NCBI GenBank assembly: GCA_963804995.1
Contig: CAWDSK010000006.1
Location: 1,760,001 to 1,824,000, forward strand
DNA from: an uncultured Acidobacteriota bacterium
GTDB taxonomy: Bacteria > Acidobacteriota > Terriglobia > UBA7540
Direction: 5' to 3'
Length of the DNA: 64,000 nucleotides
Positions 9,594-20,032 of this stretch are shown here, in pieces. The notes under the pieces were generated by a model. That model was not told the origin of the DNA and did no database searches. It saw nothing but the letters and a program-made list of their open reading frames with translations. The translations under genes and the position numbers were made by a program. Position 1 is the stretch's first letter. Every line of letters begins with the position of its first letter.

Positions 9594-9673
9594 CTAGCCA
9601 CTAACCACTATCCACTAGCCACTGCTTTACTCATACCGCAGCGCCACCATGGGATCAACCTTGGTCGCCCGGC
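9594..9673. repeat. 80-bp direct repeat of the permease 3' end (partner 10504-10583)
   Basis: 79/80 identical; encodes RATKVDPMVALRYE-stop on the minus strand; a shorter third copy at 9522-9547. Confidence 0.9.
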
Positions 9674-9728
9674 TCCTGATCCTAATAGCGGCGGCGAAAG
9701 AATCGAGTCCAGCTCATGGTGAGCTCCG

Positions 9729-10175
9729 CTAAAGCTGGTTTGGATGCACTGGGGTGAGACCCGGGAAACGATTGAAGTCTGTCACATTGAGCGTCAGGAT
9801 GTGGGGCACGCGATGCACGTACATTGCCGCTGCCAAGCGTGCGTCATGGACCTGAACCCCCAGCACACCATATTGGAAAATGATTTTCCGCCATTCTTGG
9901 TAAACCGCCTCGCTGTCGGGCAAGAGAGTCATGCCACGCTCGATGGCGCGGACTTCGGTCTCAGCTTCGTTGACGGATAAACCGAGACCATTGCGGCCCA
10001 CAGGCCGCGTCATGACGTTCCACAGTTCCGCAATATTCTGGTGCGTGTAGTGAAGCGTAGTGCCCTGCCTAGCCAGTTGAGCGAGGGCCAATGTTACAAG
10101 TTGGTGTTGTGGATCAGAGCGCCTGGTTATCCGCAACAGGATGTTGGTATCGACCACACACGCATCGATGGCCAT
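9729..10175 (-). CDS. PIN-domain toxin
   Basis: VDTNILLR, QNIAELWNV, VHDARLAA and LTLN..DF motifs. Confidence 0.9.
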   Translation of the reverse strand: MAIDACVVDTNILLRITRRSDPQHQLVTLALAQLARQGTTLHYTHQNIAELWNVMTRPVGRNGLGLSVNEAETEVRAIERGMTLLPDSEAVYQEWRKIIFQYGVLGVQVHDARLAAAMYVHRVPHILTLNVTDFNRFPGLTPVHPNQL

Positions 10176-10421
10176 TTAGTCGTGATCCTGGTAGATCCAC
10201 TCTCGCGAAATGTTTTCGGGCAGCGGCGGAATCTTATCGGAGAACTGGGCCAGGGAGTCGAGCCAGGCACGAATCTCTTCGGGAGTTCGCGCTTGCCGGG
10301 TTCCAACCGAGCGCATTTCTACCTGTCGCGCCAGGATTTCTTCGGCGTAGGCTTCCGGCCGCAAACCACGAGCCTGGGCCTGTGCGGCAAGTTCGTCCGG
10401 GACGTTGACTCGGATTTCCAT
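10176..10421 (-). CDS. Antitoxin of the PIN TA module
   Basis: 81 aa with RHH-like N-terminus and SREWIYQDHD C-terminus; abuts the toxin start. Confidence 0.8.
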   Translation of the reverse strand: MEIRVNVPDELAAQAQARGLRPEAYAEEILARQVEMRSVGTRQARTPEEIRAWLDSLAQFSDKIPPLPENISREWIYQDHD

Positions 10422-10536
10422 AGTAGAACTTTAACACAGCCTAGCGGGCGTCGGGCAAACAGAATTAGCGGCTGGCGCACAGGCAGGAGTGTCTGTGCCA
10501 CCACTAGCCACTAACCACTATCCACTAGCCACTGCT

Positions 10537-13242
10537 TTACTCATACCGCAGCGCCACCATGGGATCGACCTTGGTCGCCCGGCGGGCGGGAATATAACAA
10601 GCGAGCAGCGCTACTGCTGTCAGTAGGAGTGAAACGCTTACAAACGTCACGGGGTCAGTCGGTTTCACTCCATAGAGCATCCCAGCAATCACCCGAGTAG
10701 CTGCGAGCGATATCAGCAACCCGATTGCCACACCGAGCAGAGTTAGGCGCACGCCTTGCCCCACAACGAGCCTTAGCACATCACCCTGGCTAGCGCCGAG
10801 TGCCATACGGATGCCCATTTCATGCGTGCGTTGGGTCACCGAATAGGACATGACACCATAAATGCCGACGGCGGCCAGGAGTAGCGCCAGAAGACCCAGT
10901 CCGCTGGAGAGCATGGCACCTACTTGCGAAAACCATACCCAGCGCCCGACGCTTTTTACGAGTAGCGTGCAAGAGGCCTGGACGTTCGGATCCAACCTTT
11001 TGACTACACGTGGCAGCATAGCCGCAACGGTACCCGGATTCGTCTCAGCCCGGACAAGCAACTTCATGCCTAGTTGGCCGGTTTGAACAGGTGGACCCTC
11101 CGTGGTTTGAAGTATGGGAAGATAGACATAGGGCTCATCTGCTCCCCACAATCGTGCGCCTCGCGTGTTCTTAACTACGCCGACTATTTCAGCGAAAGGA
11201 ACGGACGGCGGCCCCGGCCTGAGTCGCTTGCCCACGGGGTCTCCTCCTGGCCAAAACTGTCGCGCCATCGCTTCGTTGACAATCGCAACAGGCGTTCCCC
11301 CCCGCGTGTCCAGAACACTAAAGTTACGGCCGCGCACAATTGGGACGCCCAACGTCTCGAAGTAGTTCGGCGAGACAACCCAATAATTCACCGAAAGTGA
11401 CGACAGGCTTGCTGAAGTCTCACGGCCCCCAATCGTGATGGGCGCCCCTCTACTGATGCCGCCTAACGGAGCCAGGGATGCCAAGCTTACGGACTTCACT
11501 CCGGGTAGAGTTTGCAATTGGTCTGTAAGTTCGCGGTGAAACTCCGCTGCCCGTATGTCGTCATAACCATGTAGATCCAAGTCCAAGGAGACAACGAGCA
11601 CGTGCTTCGCATCGAATCCCAGATCAACCGTTTGGGCTCTCCTCAACGCCCGGACTAGCAAACCCGCGCCCAGCAGGAGCACGACACAGATCGAGGTTTC
11701 TGCAACTACCAACAGGGTGTAGAGGCGAGAGCGGCTTAGCCCCTGGCCGAAGGGGTTGCCTCCGTCCTTAATAGCAGATAATAGATCGGGTGTCGAGGCT
11801 TGCAATGCCGGCGCGAGACCAAAGGCGGCTCCCGTGATGAGTGACAAAAGTAGTGTGTAGCCGAGTATTGGGATGTCCAGGCCCAGATGAAGAGCGATCG
11901 TTTGTTCATACGGAGGTTTCAGCGCTTCGATCAAGAGGTTCGGCATCCAACACGCCAACAAAAGTCCAACCCCCCCGCCCAACAGGGCAACCAGGGAACT
12001 CTCTGTCAGCAACTGTTGGATCAAACGGCGACGGGTCGCGCCCAGCGACAAGCGGATACCAATTTCTTTTTGTCGTCCAGTCGCCCGCGCCAGCACTAGG
12101 TTGGCCACGTTCGCACACGCGATCAGCAAAACCATGCCGACAGCGGCCATCACAAGAAAAGCCAGCGAATCGAATTGTCCTCGCACATCAGGACGCGCCA
12201 AGAAAGACCCCGGCGTCAGCGTAATACTAGCCTGCGCACTGGTTCCCAAGTAATCTCGAGAAAATCGATTAATGAGGACATCCATGCCTCCCTGAGCTTG
12301 CCTGATGGACACGCTAGGCCTTAGACGAGCAACAACCTCGAGCCAAAACGAACCGCGGTCGGGCAGTCGATCATCGTGCGGCATCAGCTGGCCCTGCATC
12401 GTCAGCGGCACCCAAAGATCAGGAATTTGAGGCTCTGTACCAATGAAGTCTTGGCCGGCGATTCCCACTATCGTGAACCGAATGCCATTGAGCTTCACAC
12501 TCTTCCCCACTGCGGCCGGATCAGAATCAAAGTGCCGCTTCCAGAAGGCGTGGCTCAGAACCACCACTGGGTCAGCACTGGGAGCCTGATCTTCTTCGGG
12601 CGTAAACGTGCGCCCGAGCACAGCCTCCCCGCCAAGCACGGTGAAATAGTTTCCCGACACGAGGAGTGCATGGGCTTCTTCGGCTTCCCGAGTAGTGGCA
12701 TCGCTACCGAGTTCAACCGCTATCCAAGCGTGCGCGACGAGGCCCGAGAATACGCTGTTGGAGTCTCGAAGGGCAACATACTCAGGATAGGAGAACGACC
12801 GGTAGCTGCCGGGTTCGCCCTGAATGCGCTGATAAACGTTCACGACAGTAGTGGGGTCCTTCACCGGAAGAGGTCGCAGCGTTACTGCATCGAACAATGT
12901 GAAGATAGTGGTGTTCAGGCCGATGCCCAATGCTAGCGTGAACACCGCAACCGCTGTGAAGCCGGGATTGCGGCGCAACTGGCGCAGGCCGAAGCGAACG
13001 TCCTGCCAGAGCGTCTCTGCCCAATCCCATTCCCACATTTCGCGGCTCCGCTCTTGCGCCAGGGTCACGTTGCCGAACCGGCGCAATGCTGCGTAGTGAG
13101 CTTCCTCGGGCGGCATCCCGGATTCCAGGTTCTCCTGCTCTTCCATGGCGAGATGCGAGCGAATCTCTTCCGCGAGATCGTCCACCGGCTTCCGCCGGCG
13201 AAACAGCGCCCCGAGTTTCGAAAGCTCGCGATGCCAAGTCAT
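10537..13242 (-). CDS. ADOP-type (duplicated MacB/FtsX-like) ABC permease
   Basis: Permease prefix domain (ALRRFGNV), LALGIGLNTTIFT, LLIACANVANL, EIGIRLSLGA and DPMVALRYE; no ATPase gene nearby. Confidence 0.92.
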   Translation of the reverse strand: MTWHRELSKLGALFRRRKPVDDLAEEIRSHLAMEEQENLESGMPPEEAHYAALRRFGNVTLAQERSREMWEWDWAETLWQDVRFGLRQLRRNPGFTAVAVFTLALGIGLNTTIFTLFDAVTLRPLPVKDPTTVVNVYQRIQGEPGSYRSFSYPEYVALRDSNSVFSGLVAHAWIAVELGSDATTREAEEAHALLVSGNYFTVLGGEAVLGRTFTPEEDQAPSADPVVVLSHAFWKRHFDSDPAAVGKSVKLNGIRFTIVGIAGQDFIGTEPQIPDLWVPLTMQGQLMPHDDRLPDRGSFWLEVVARLRPSVSIRQAQGGMDVLINRFSRDYLGTSAQASITLTPGSFLARPDVRGQFDSLAFLVMAAVGMVLLIACANVANLVLARATGRQKEIGIRLSLGATRRRLIQQLLTESSLVALLGGGVGLLLACWMPNLLIEALKPPYEQTIALHLGLDIPILGYTLLLSLITGAAFGLAPALQASTPDLLSAIKDGGNPFGQGLSRSRLYTLLVVAETSICVVLLLGAGLLVRALRRAQTVDLGFDAKHVLVVSLDLDLHGYDDIRAAEFHRELTDQLQTLPGVKSVSLASLAPLGGISRGAPITIGGRETSASLSSLSVNYWVVSPNYFETLGVPIVRGRNFSVLDTRGGTPVAIVNEAMARQFWPGGDPVGKRLRPGPPSVPFAEIVGVVKNTRGARLWGADEPYVYLPILQTTEGPPVQTGQLGMKLLVRAETNPGTVAAMLPRVVKRLDPNVQASCTLLVKSVGRWVWFSQVGAMLSSGLGLLALLLAAVGIYGVMSYSVTQRTHEMGIRMALGASQGDVLRLVVGQGVRLTLLGVAIGLLISLAATRVIAGMLYGVKPTDPVTFVSVSLLLTAVALLACYIPARRATKVDPMVALRYE

Positions 13243-13315
13243 AGTTAGCTCTCAGCTACCGCCCGCCGGGTTGTTCCAAGCACGCCCCACCGAGGATGAA
13301 AATGCGCGGCGCGCT

Positions 13316-13410
13316 TTGGAGTGCGGTCGCAGCAGCTACCGCCTTCCGCCTTCTGTTCATACGGCGACGGTGCCAGGGAAAGCGGTAGCTGCTGCGACCG
13401 CACTCCAAAG
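13316..13410. repeat. REP family C doublet
   Basis: TTTGGAGTGCGGTCGCAGCAGCTACCGC ... GCGGTAGCTGCTGCGACCGCACTCCAAAG. Confidence 0.8.
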
Positions 13411-13424
13411 TGCCTGCGGCACAG

Positions 13425-13781
13425 CTATTCCCCGGACTCGGCGGGCCGCAGAACGCCGGTAACGGCCCGCACAAAACGCTCCCAACGTGAGGTCTCCGCT
13501 ACTAATTGCCGCCGTCCCGCCGCGGTCAAGCGGTAGTACTTGGCCCGCTGGTTATTCTTGGAAACTCCCCACTCGGCCGAAATCCAACCCTCCTGTTGCA
13601 GGCGCTGGAGCGCGGGGTAGAGCGACCCGTGCTCCACCCGGAGCGTCTCTTCGGACATCCGCTCAATCGACTTCGCAATGCCATGCCCGTGCGTGGGTCC
13701 CCAGCGCAAGGTGCGCAGAATCAGCATGTCGAGGGAGCCGTAAACGAGTTCAATGCGGTCTTGGGAGGATTGCTTGGCCAT
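13425..13781 (-). CDS. PadR-family regulator (acidobacterial type)
   Basis: [32 protein letters not shown]; upstream of the ADOP permease. Confidence 0.93.
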   Translation of the reverse strand: MAKQSSQDRIELVYGSLDMLILRTLRWGPTHGHGIAKSIERMSEETLRVEHGSLYPALQRLQQEGWISAEWGVSKNNQRAKYYRLTAAGRRQLVAETSRWERFVRAVTGVLRPAESGE

Positions 13782-13809
13782 TGTGGCAGGTAATCTACTA
13801 CTCCGGGTG

Positions 13810-13822
13810 GTAGATTGTCTAC
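13810..13822. promoter_or_regulatory. Candidate PadR operator palindrome GTAGA-TTG-TCTAC
   Basis: Inverted repeat about 30 bp upstream of the padR start. Confidence 0.5.
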
Positions 13823-14059
13823 TAAATAATTGGTGGGGGGCGCCCTCATCTGGCGAAGTGATTCGAAATAGAGGTTCGGACTTCCCAGCCCCGAAGGAGC
13901 GACCTAGTACATCCCAGGCATGCTCCAAGGCACTGCGCACGAGAGATCATAGCCCTCGCCCTTGGGGAGAGGGCTATGATTCCTAGTGCTTGCCAGCCCC
14001 GAAGGGGCGACCTAATCTGGCGAAGTGATTTCGCAATAGCAAGTAGCGTGGCCCTGGTA

Positions 14060-14221
14060 CGTAGCGCGGTCCCCCGGTTTTGGGGTCCGCGGTCCTTCAT
14101 TTGAAAGATCCACAAATCCTAAACCCGGGCGGCCACACTACCCACGGTTCTTCGTCGCGATACATTAACTCAAGTGGGGCACCAAGAACCGCGGACCCCA
14201 AAACCGGGGGACCGCGCTACG
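14060..14221. repeat. GTAG-type REP doublet (family D)
   Basis: GTAGCGCGGTCCCCCGGTTTTGGGGTCCGCGGT with a perfect inverse copy at 14189-14220; related to the intron target site. Confidence 0.8.
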
Positions 14222-14291
14222 ATTGCTGCCACCAGAGGCGCTCGCTGCCTTCTCCTCTGCGGCCATTTCTGTATTTCCTGACTCCTAACTT

Positions 14292-14678
14292 CTAGCTTCT
14301 AGCTCCTGGCCTCGGACGGTAGGTAGCTGAGGTCGTATCCGTTTCCCAAATCTTTACGGCCAGAATCTCAAGGGCGCGATCCGCCACTTGCGGCCCCAAC
14401 TCGTCGTAAAAATACTTGGCAATGTTCTCCGCTGACGGGTTCAGCTTGTCAAACGGTTCCACATCGTTCAGGAAGCGATGATCCAGGCGCTCCACCAGCA
14501 CTTTGATCGCCTTGCGCAAATCCACGAAATCCAATAACAATCCCGCGGAATTAAGCTGCTCGCCGCCCACGGTCACCTGCACTTTGTAATTGTGCCCGTG
14601 CACGTTCTCGCACTTGCCCTTGTACTCGCGCAGAGCATGCCCCGCCGCGAAAGTGTATTCCACTGAGACTTCGAACAT
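14292..14678 (-). CDS. queD: 6-carboxytetrahydropterin synthase
   Basis: FAAGH, CENVHGHNY, LDHRFLN, SAENIA and WET motifs. Confidence 0.95.
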   Translation of the reverse strand: MFEVSVEYTFAAGHALREYKGKCENVHGHNYKVQVTVGGEQLNSAGLLLDFVDLRKAIKVLVERLDHRFLNDVEPFDKLNPSAENIAKYFYDELGPQVADRALEILAVKIWETDTTSATYRPRPGARS

Positions 14679-14689
14679 TAGAACCTCTG

Positions 14690-14984
14690 GAGAAGGAGTT
14701 AGGAGCGAGAAGCGAGAAGCTAGGAGTCAGGAGCTAGGAGGCCCTCGAACGCACGCAGGATCTATCCATGCCCAAAAATCAGCTTGTCCCCTGAACCCCG
14801 GATAAACTCTGACTTACGACCGCCGACTTCTAACTCCTAACTTCTAGCTCCTGTCTTCCGACTCCTAGCTCCTAACTCCTACCTTCTAGCTTCTGCCTTC
14901 TCCTTCTAGCTTCTAGCTCCTGTCTTCCGACTCCTAGCTTCTAACTCCTGGCTCCTAACTTCTAGCTCCTAGCTTCTCGCTTTC
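14690..14984. repeat. Degenerate heptamer tandem arrays in inverted arrangement
   Basis: GAGCTAG/GAAGCGA units at 14690-14740 facing CTAGCTC/CTAACTC/CTAGCTT units at 14820-14984. Confidence 0.85.
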
Positions 14985-16922
14985 TCATTCTCGCATGAAG
15001 GCCTTCACGTCTTCCAGCCGATTCGTCTTCTGGTAGGGTGGCAGGCTTTCGAGGAAGACTCGCCCATACGGCTTGCGCATCATGCGGTGATCCAGGATGA
15101 CCAGCACGCCGCGGTCCGTCTCACTGCGGATCAGCCTGCCGAAGCCCTGCTTGAGCGTGATGACGGCCTGCGGCACCTGATAATCGCTGAAGGCGTTGCC
15201 TCCCTCATCGTTGATATGGCGGATGCGCGCGGCGGTAATCGGGTCCGACGGCACGGCGAAGGGCAGGCGATCGATCAGCACCGCGCTTAACTGTTCACCT
15301 TGCACATCCACACCCTGCCAGAACGAACTGGTGCCGAAGAGGACCGCATGGGGAGTCGAGCGGAAGCGGTCCAGCAACTCCGTGCGCGGCATCGAGCCCT
15401 GCAGCAGCAGGGGATAGCGCACCCGCGGCCGCACGCGCTCATATACGTCGCGCATTTGCACGTAGGAAGTGAACAGCACGAAGGCGCGCCCGCGCGTGGC
15501 CTTTAACAGTTGCACCACTTCCTCCGCCGCCAGACGCGCGAAATCCGGCTCGCGCGGATCGGGCAAATGCAGCGGCGTGTAGAGCAGCGCCTGGTGCGCG
15601 TAATCGAAGTGCGAGTCGAGGATTCTTTCCCGCGCATTCTGCACACCCAGGCGCCGCTTAAGGAAATCGAAGGTGCCGCCCACGGCCAGCGTCGCGGAGG
15701 TCAGGATCACGGTCTCCACCTGCTCGAACAAACGCTCGCGCAGCAGGGCGGAAACGTCAATGGGCGTCGCCTCCAGAAACACGCCGCGCCCGCGCCGCTC
15801 CCACCAATACACCATATTGCGCTCGTTCGATTCCATCACCACCTCGAACGCCCCGCGCAATTCCTTGGCGCGCCGTGTCAGGTTGTGGATCTCCTCGGGT
15901 TGGTCCGGCAGGCGGCTCAGTTCGGTTTCGAGAAGCAGCAGCGCATTCGTCAGGCCCGTGTAGGCCCCGCGATGGACGTCGAGGAAACTATCGCGATTGT
16001 CGAAGTTGGTGCGGCCCTGGTTGGCGGGAAAAAGCTCGAAAAAATTATCGGCGCGGCGGCGCAGCTCACCCACCGCGGAGAGGGGCTCCGGCGCCTTGAG
16101 ACCCTTCTGCCGCAGCGTCACTTCCGTGTCGCGCGCCAGCTCCTCCACCCGGTAATTGCTGACCTGCAAGCCGAAGTACTGCGTGGCCACGTCTTCCATC
16201 TCGTGCGCTTCATCGAAAACCAGTGCCGCGTAATCGGGAAGCAGCGTGGCGTAATCCATCTGGCGCAAAGCGAGGTCGGCAAAAAACAGATGATGGTTCA
16301 CAATCAGCAAATCGGATTCCGCGGCGCGCTGGTGCATGAGCGTGATGAAACAACGCTCGAATTGCGCGCACTTCTGGCCGGTGCAGGTCTCGCGACGGGC
16401 GTCCACCTGCTTCCAAAGTTCGCTCGAATCCGGCAGCCAACCCAGTTCCGCGCGGTCGCCCGTTTCCGTGCGCTCCTCCCACTTGCGCAGCTTCGGGTAC
16501 TGCTCGACTTCTTCCATGCCGTTCAGCACCGGCTGCTTCTCGATGTCATAAAGCTTTTGCCGGCACAGATAATTCTGGCGGCCCTTCATCAGCGTGACGC
16601 GCAGTTGAGGGAAAAGCTTTTTTAGAAACGGCACGTCCTTGTAGAAAAGCTGCTCCTGCAGATTCTTCGTGCCCGTGGAAATCACGGCGCGCGCCCCACT
16701 GCGCATCAGCGGCACCAGATACGCCAGCGTCTTGCCCGTGCCCGTCCCCGCCTCCACAATCAGGTGCTGGCGGCTCTCAAGCGCCGACTCGACGCTCTCC
16801 GCCATTTCGAGCTGGCCGGGACGGTACTCGTAATTCGGATGGTGACGAGCCAGCCATCCCCCCGGCGCAAAAACCTTCTCGAGGGGGAGTTTTTCAGACA
16901 ACTTTTTATCCGTAATCGACAT
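14985..16922 (-). CDS. DinG/YoaA-family Fe-S DNA helicase
   Basis: EAGTGTGKT, KGRQNYLC, Fe-S Cys residues, FDEAH, TSATL and QGFGRLIRS motifs. Confidence 0.93.
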   Translation of the reverse strand: MSITDKKLSEKLPLEKVFAPGGWLARHHPNYEYRPGQLEMAESVESALESRQHLIVEAGTGTGKTLAYLVPLMRSGARAVISTGTKNLQEQLFYKDVPFLKKLFPQLRVTLMKGRQNYLCRQKLYDIEKQPVLNGMEEVEQYPKLRKWEERTETGDRAELGWLPDSSELWKQVDARRETCTGQKCAQFERCFITLMHQRAAESDLLIVNHHLFFADLALRQMDYATLLPDYAALVFDEAHEMEDVATQYFGLQVSNYRVEELARDTEVTLRQKGLKAPEPLSAVGELRRRADNFFELFPANQGRTNFDNRDSFLDVHRGAYTGLTNALLLLETELSRLPDQPEEIHNLTRRAKELRGAFEVVMESNERNMVYWWERRGRGVFLEATPIDVSALLRERLFEQVETVILTSATLAVGGTFDFLKRRLGVQNARERILDSHFDYAHQALLYTPLHLPDPREPDFARLAAEEVVQLLKATRGRAFVLFTSYVQMRDVYERVRPRVRYPLLLQGSMPRTELLDRFRSTPHAVLFGTSSFWQGVDVQGEQLSAVLIDRLPFAVPSDPITAARIRHINDEGGNAFSDYQVPQAVITLKQGFGRLIRSETDRGVLVILDHRMMRKPYGRVFLESLPPYQKTNRLEDVKAFMRE

Positions 16923-17073
16923 AAGCAGCAATCAGCAGTCAGCGGTCAGAATGTCCGCACCCGCGAACAGCATGTGTCCCCGTTGTGCGCCGTGTAGCCC
17001 CGTAGTCACCGTCGTCCCACCAAAAACTCCGCCTCCTCGCAAATTCAGAAAGATGGGACAATGGCGCATCCGC

Positions 17074-17103
17074 TTGACAGGTCCTCGGCAGGGAGTCTAA
17101 GTT
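17074..17103 (+). promoter_or_regulatory. Candidate sigma70 promoter for der
   Basis: TTGACA-18 bp-TAAGTT. Confidence 0.5.
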
Positions 17104-17281
17104 GGATTGTCGCTATCGCACTCCTCAAGTGATGGGGCAAGGCGACCAACAGGAAGAATATCACAGAGGTCATCGGCCGGCGCGAACGAACCGCGAACGC
17201 TCATTTCACGCCGGACCCTAGACCGATCCTTTTGACTTTCAACTTTCGACTTTCAACTCTTCACCTTCGACCGTTTCCCTC

Positions 17282-18667
17282 ATGGCCTTACTACCTCGCA
17301 TCGTGATTCTCGGCCGCCCGAATGTCGGCAAGTCAACGTTGTTCAATCGCATCTGCGGGCACCGTCGCGCGCTGGTCGGCGATGAACCCGGCATGACGCG
17401 CGATCGCCTCTACGCACGCGCCGAGTGGCTGGGCAAGCCTTTCGAAGTTATCGACACCGGCGGCATTATTCCCGCGGATGAGGAATTGATTCCCATCGAA
17501 ATCTATCGCCAGGCGCAGATGGCCATCGAGGAAGCCGCGCATCTGGTGCTCGTCGTGGACGCTCAGGAAGGCGTGGTGCCAATGGATCAAGAGTTGGCGC
17601 AACTCCTTCGCCGCACGGGGAAGAGCCTGGTGCTGGCCGTGAACAAGATCGACTCAGCGCAGCACTCGCCGCTCGCTGCGGAATTTCATCGCCTGGGCAT
17701 CAAGCACATCTTCCCCCTTTCGGCCGAGCACGGTTTGGGTATCGATGATTTGCTCAACTATGTAACGGCGGGATTCCAGCACGATCCCGTCGCGGAGGAT
17801 GAATCTACCAATCTTGAAAACCCTGACCTATCACCTGCGGGCCAGGAGCCTGTTCAGCCGATCACCGGGTCGGCCGATCAACCGATTAGTGTTGCCATCA
17901 TTGGCCGGCCTAACGTGGGAAAATCCACGCTCTTAAATCGCTTGCTCAACGAAGAGCGCGCGATTGTTTCTGCCGTACCGGGAACGACTCGCGACGCCAT
18001 TGACGCGGAATTTTCTCGTGACGGCCTGCACTTCCGTTTTATCGATACGGCGGGCATCCGGCGCAAAGGTAAAACCCACCTGCTAGCGGAAAAGCTGAGT
18101 GTTATTCAGGCGCGCAAACACCTGGAACGCGCGGACGTAGCGTTGCTCATTTTGGATGCGCAGGATGGCGTTACCGCGCTCGATACCCACATCGGCGGAT
18201 ACGCGCACGAAAGCCGGCGCTCCGTGATAATTGTCGTTAATAAATGGGATGCCATCACCAAAGGCCCGACCACGACTAAGGACTTCACGGCGATGATCCG
18301 GGAACGCATGAAGTACCTGGATTACGCCCCCATCGTTTTCATCTCCGCGCTACGCGGCCAGCGGTTGGGGAATCTTTTAAAGGCGATCGGAGAGGTTGCG
18401 GAAGGCCGTCGCCTGCGGGTCAGCACCGCGGAAATGAACCGCTTTTTGAGTGAAGTAGATTTCGAGCGCGCCACCAGTCCCTCCGGCAAGCCTCAACGCC
18501 TTTACTACATGACGCAAGCCGGGGTGGCGCCGCCCATTTTCATCGTCTTCACCAACCGTAAGGGGAAACTGCACTTCTCTTTCGAGCGATTCCTCATCAA
18601 CCGCATCCGGGAAAGATTTGGCTTCGTGGGCACGCCGATTGTGATCAAGTCGAAAACCCGCCATTAG
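17282..18667 (+). CDS. der: Ribosome biogenesis GTPase Der
   Basis: Two GRPNVGKS G domains with TRD, DTGG/DTAG and NKID/NKWD, plus KH-like C-terminus. Confidence 0.97.
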   Translation: MALLPRIVILGRPNVGKSTLFNRICGHRRALVGDEPGMTRDRLYARAEWLGKPFEVIDTGGIIPADEELIPIEIYRQAQMAIEEAAHLVLVVDAQEGVVPMDQELAQLLRRTGKSLVLAVNKIDSAQHSPLAAEFHRLGIKHIFPLSAEHGLGIDDLLNYVTAGFQHDPVAEDESTNLENPDLSPAGQEPVQPITGSADQPISVAIIGRPNVGKSTLLNRLLNEERAIVSAVPGTTRDAIDAEFSRDGLHFRFIDTAGIRRKGKTHLLAEKLSVIQARKHLERADVALLILDAQDGVTALDTHIGGYAHESRRSVIIVVNKWDAITKGPTTTKDFTAMIRERMKYLDYAPIVFISALRGQRLGNLLKAIGEVAEGRRLRVSTAEMNRFLSEVDFERATSPSGKPQRLYYMTQAGVAPPIFIVFTNRKGKLHFSFERFLINRIRERFGFVGTPIVIKSKTRH

Positions 18668-18869
18668 GCCGCTTCCGGGCGCACCACTGCATGTAACGCA
18701 GTCAGTCCCCAAGAGGGAGTAACCACGCAGTATCCAGCGTTCCTGATGTCTTGCTTTCAAGCCGCGTAAGGGAATGTTATACTCCGCTAGTTGCATAGAG
18801 GGTTGAAAGCGGGTCGGTATACATCATGTTCATAGTCGCAATCGGGTCCCGGAAGGGAGGTTCTTTTTC

Positions 18870-19889
18870 ATGTCCTGGGAAATGGCAGGAATACGCAGTA
18901 TCTTCGTCATCATTATCGTTGCGGCGTCCTTGCATCTTCGTCCTTTTGGGTTGTCGGGAATCAGGTCCGCGGTTTTAGGCTTTGCTCTGGGTATTTTCTT
19001 TATCTTCTTTGAAATAAGGTTGGAAAAAGCCAGCTTGAAGCGCCTGATTGGTGCTGCGATCGGGTCGATCCTTGGCATCTTGGGCGCCTTCATGATCAGT
19101 CACCTGCTGAGCTTGACGGAAATTGACAAGGCCGCCCTGTCGTTCTTTCAAGTGACCCTGCTTTTGTTGATGGCCTACGTAGGATTAGTGTTGGGCGCCA
19201 ATAAGGGCGACTTGCTAAACCTCTCCGCACTGGGCGGGCTGTTCGCCACTGAGCGGCAAACCAAGAAGAATTACAAAGTGCTCGATACCAGCGTCATCAT
19301 TGACGGTCGAATTGCGGATGTATGCGAGACAGGATTCATCGACGGCACCCTGGTCGTCCCCCAGTTCGTGCTGCGCGAACTGCAATTGGTGGCCGACTCC
19401 TCCGATCCGCTGAAACGCAATCGCGGCCGCAGGGGATTGGATATCCTCCAGCGTATGCAGAAGATGAGCGACATCACCGTGCAGATCGTGGAAGAAGATT
19501 TTCCACAGACGAGGGAAGTGGATCTGAAGCTCATCGAGTTGGCGCGGCTGTACGAAGGAAAGATCGTTACCAACGACTTCAACTTGAACAAGGTCTCCCA
19601 GCTCCAGGGAGTCGCGGTTCTGAATATCAATGAACTTGCCAACGCCCTCAAGCCCGTGGTGCTGCCCGGCGAAATCATGCGGGTGTTCATCTTGAAAGAA
19701 GGCAAGGAGTACAACCAGGGTGTCGCTTACCTGGATGACGGTACGATGGTGGTGGTGGACAACGCCAAGAAAATGATTTCCAAGACCATCGATATTTCTG
19801 TAACCAGCGTTTTGCAGACCACGGCGGGAAAGATGATCTTTGGCAAGTACGACGAGCGCAAAGCCATGGTCGAGGCGATCCACCAGTAG
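18870..19889 (+). CDS. PIN/TRAM domain membrane protein (YacL-like)
   Basis: TM helices, [19 protein letters not shown] and [10 protein letters not shown]; precedes ispD. Confidence 0.92.
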   Translation: MSWEMAGIRSIFVIIIVAASLHLRPFGLSGIRSAVLGFALGIFFIFFEIRLEKASLKRLIGAAIGSILGILGAFMISHLLSLTEIDKAALSFFQVTLLLLMAYVGLVLGANKGDLLNLSALGGLFATERQTKKNYKVLDTSVIIDGRIADVCETGFIDGTLVVPQFVLRELQLVADSSDPLKRNRGRRGLDILQRMQKMSDITVQIVEEDFPQTREVDLKLIELARLYEGKIVTNDFNLNKVSQLQGVAVLNINELANALKPVVLPGEIMRVFILKEGKEYNQGVAYLDDGTMVVVDNAKKMISKTIDISVTSVLQTTAGKMIFGKYDERKAMVEAIHQ

Positions 19890-20032
19890 TCGAGGGTTAT
19901 TACCGCACAGAGGGCGACGGAGCCAAGCGCGTTCCGTCGCCTTTCTTTTCGCGTTGACCCCGTGGTTCCGAGCCAGGCGTTTCGAAGAGCCAAGGAAGCG
20001 CCGGCCACCTAACGTTGAGGTGCGGAGAGGGC

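Noticed and set aside
5019..14678. que genes as a Dpd DNA-modification island
   Set aside because: No dpdA/tgt-like or other dpd genes; consistent with ordinary queuosine synthesis
14680..14820. preQ1 riboswitch upstream of queD or queE
   Set aside because: No recognisable preQ1 stem-loop and A-rich tail
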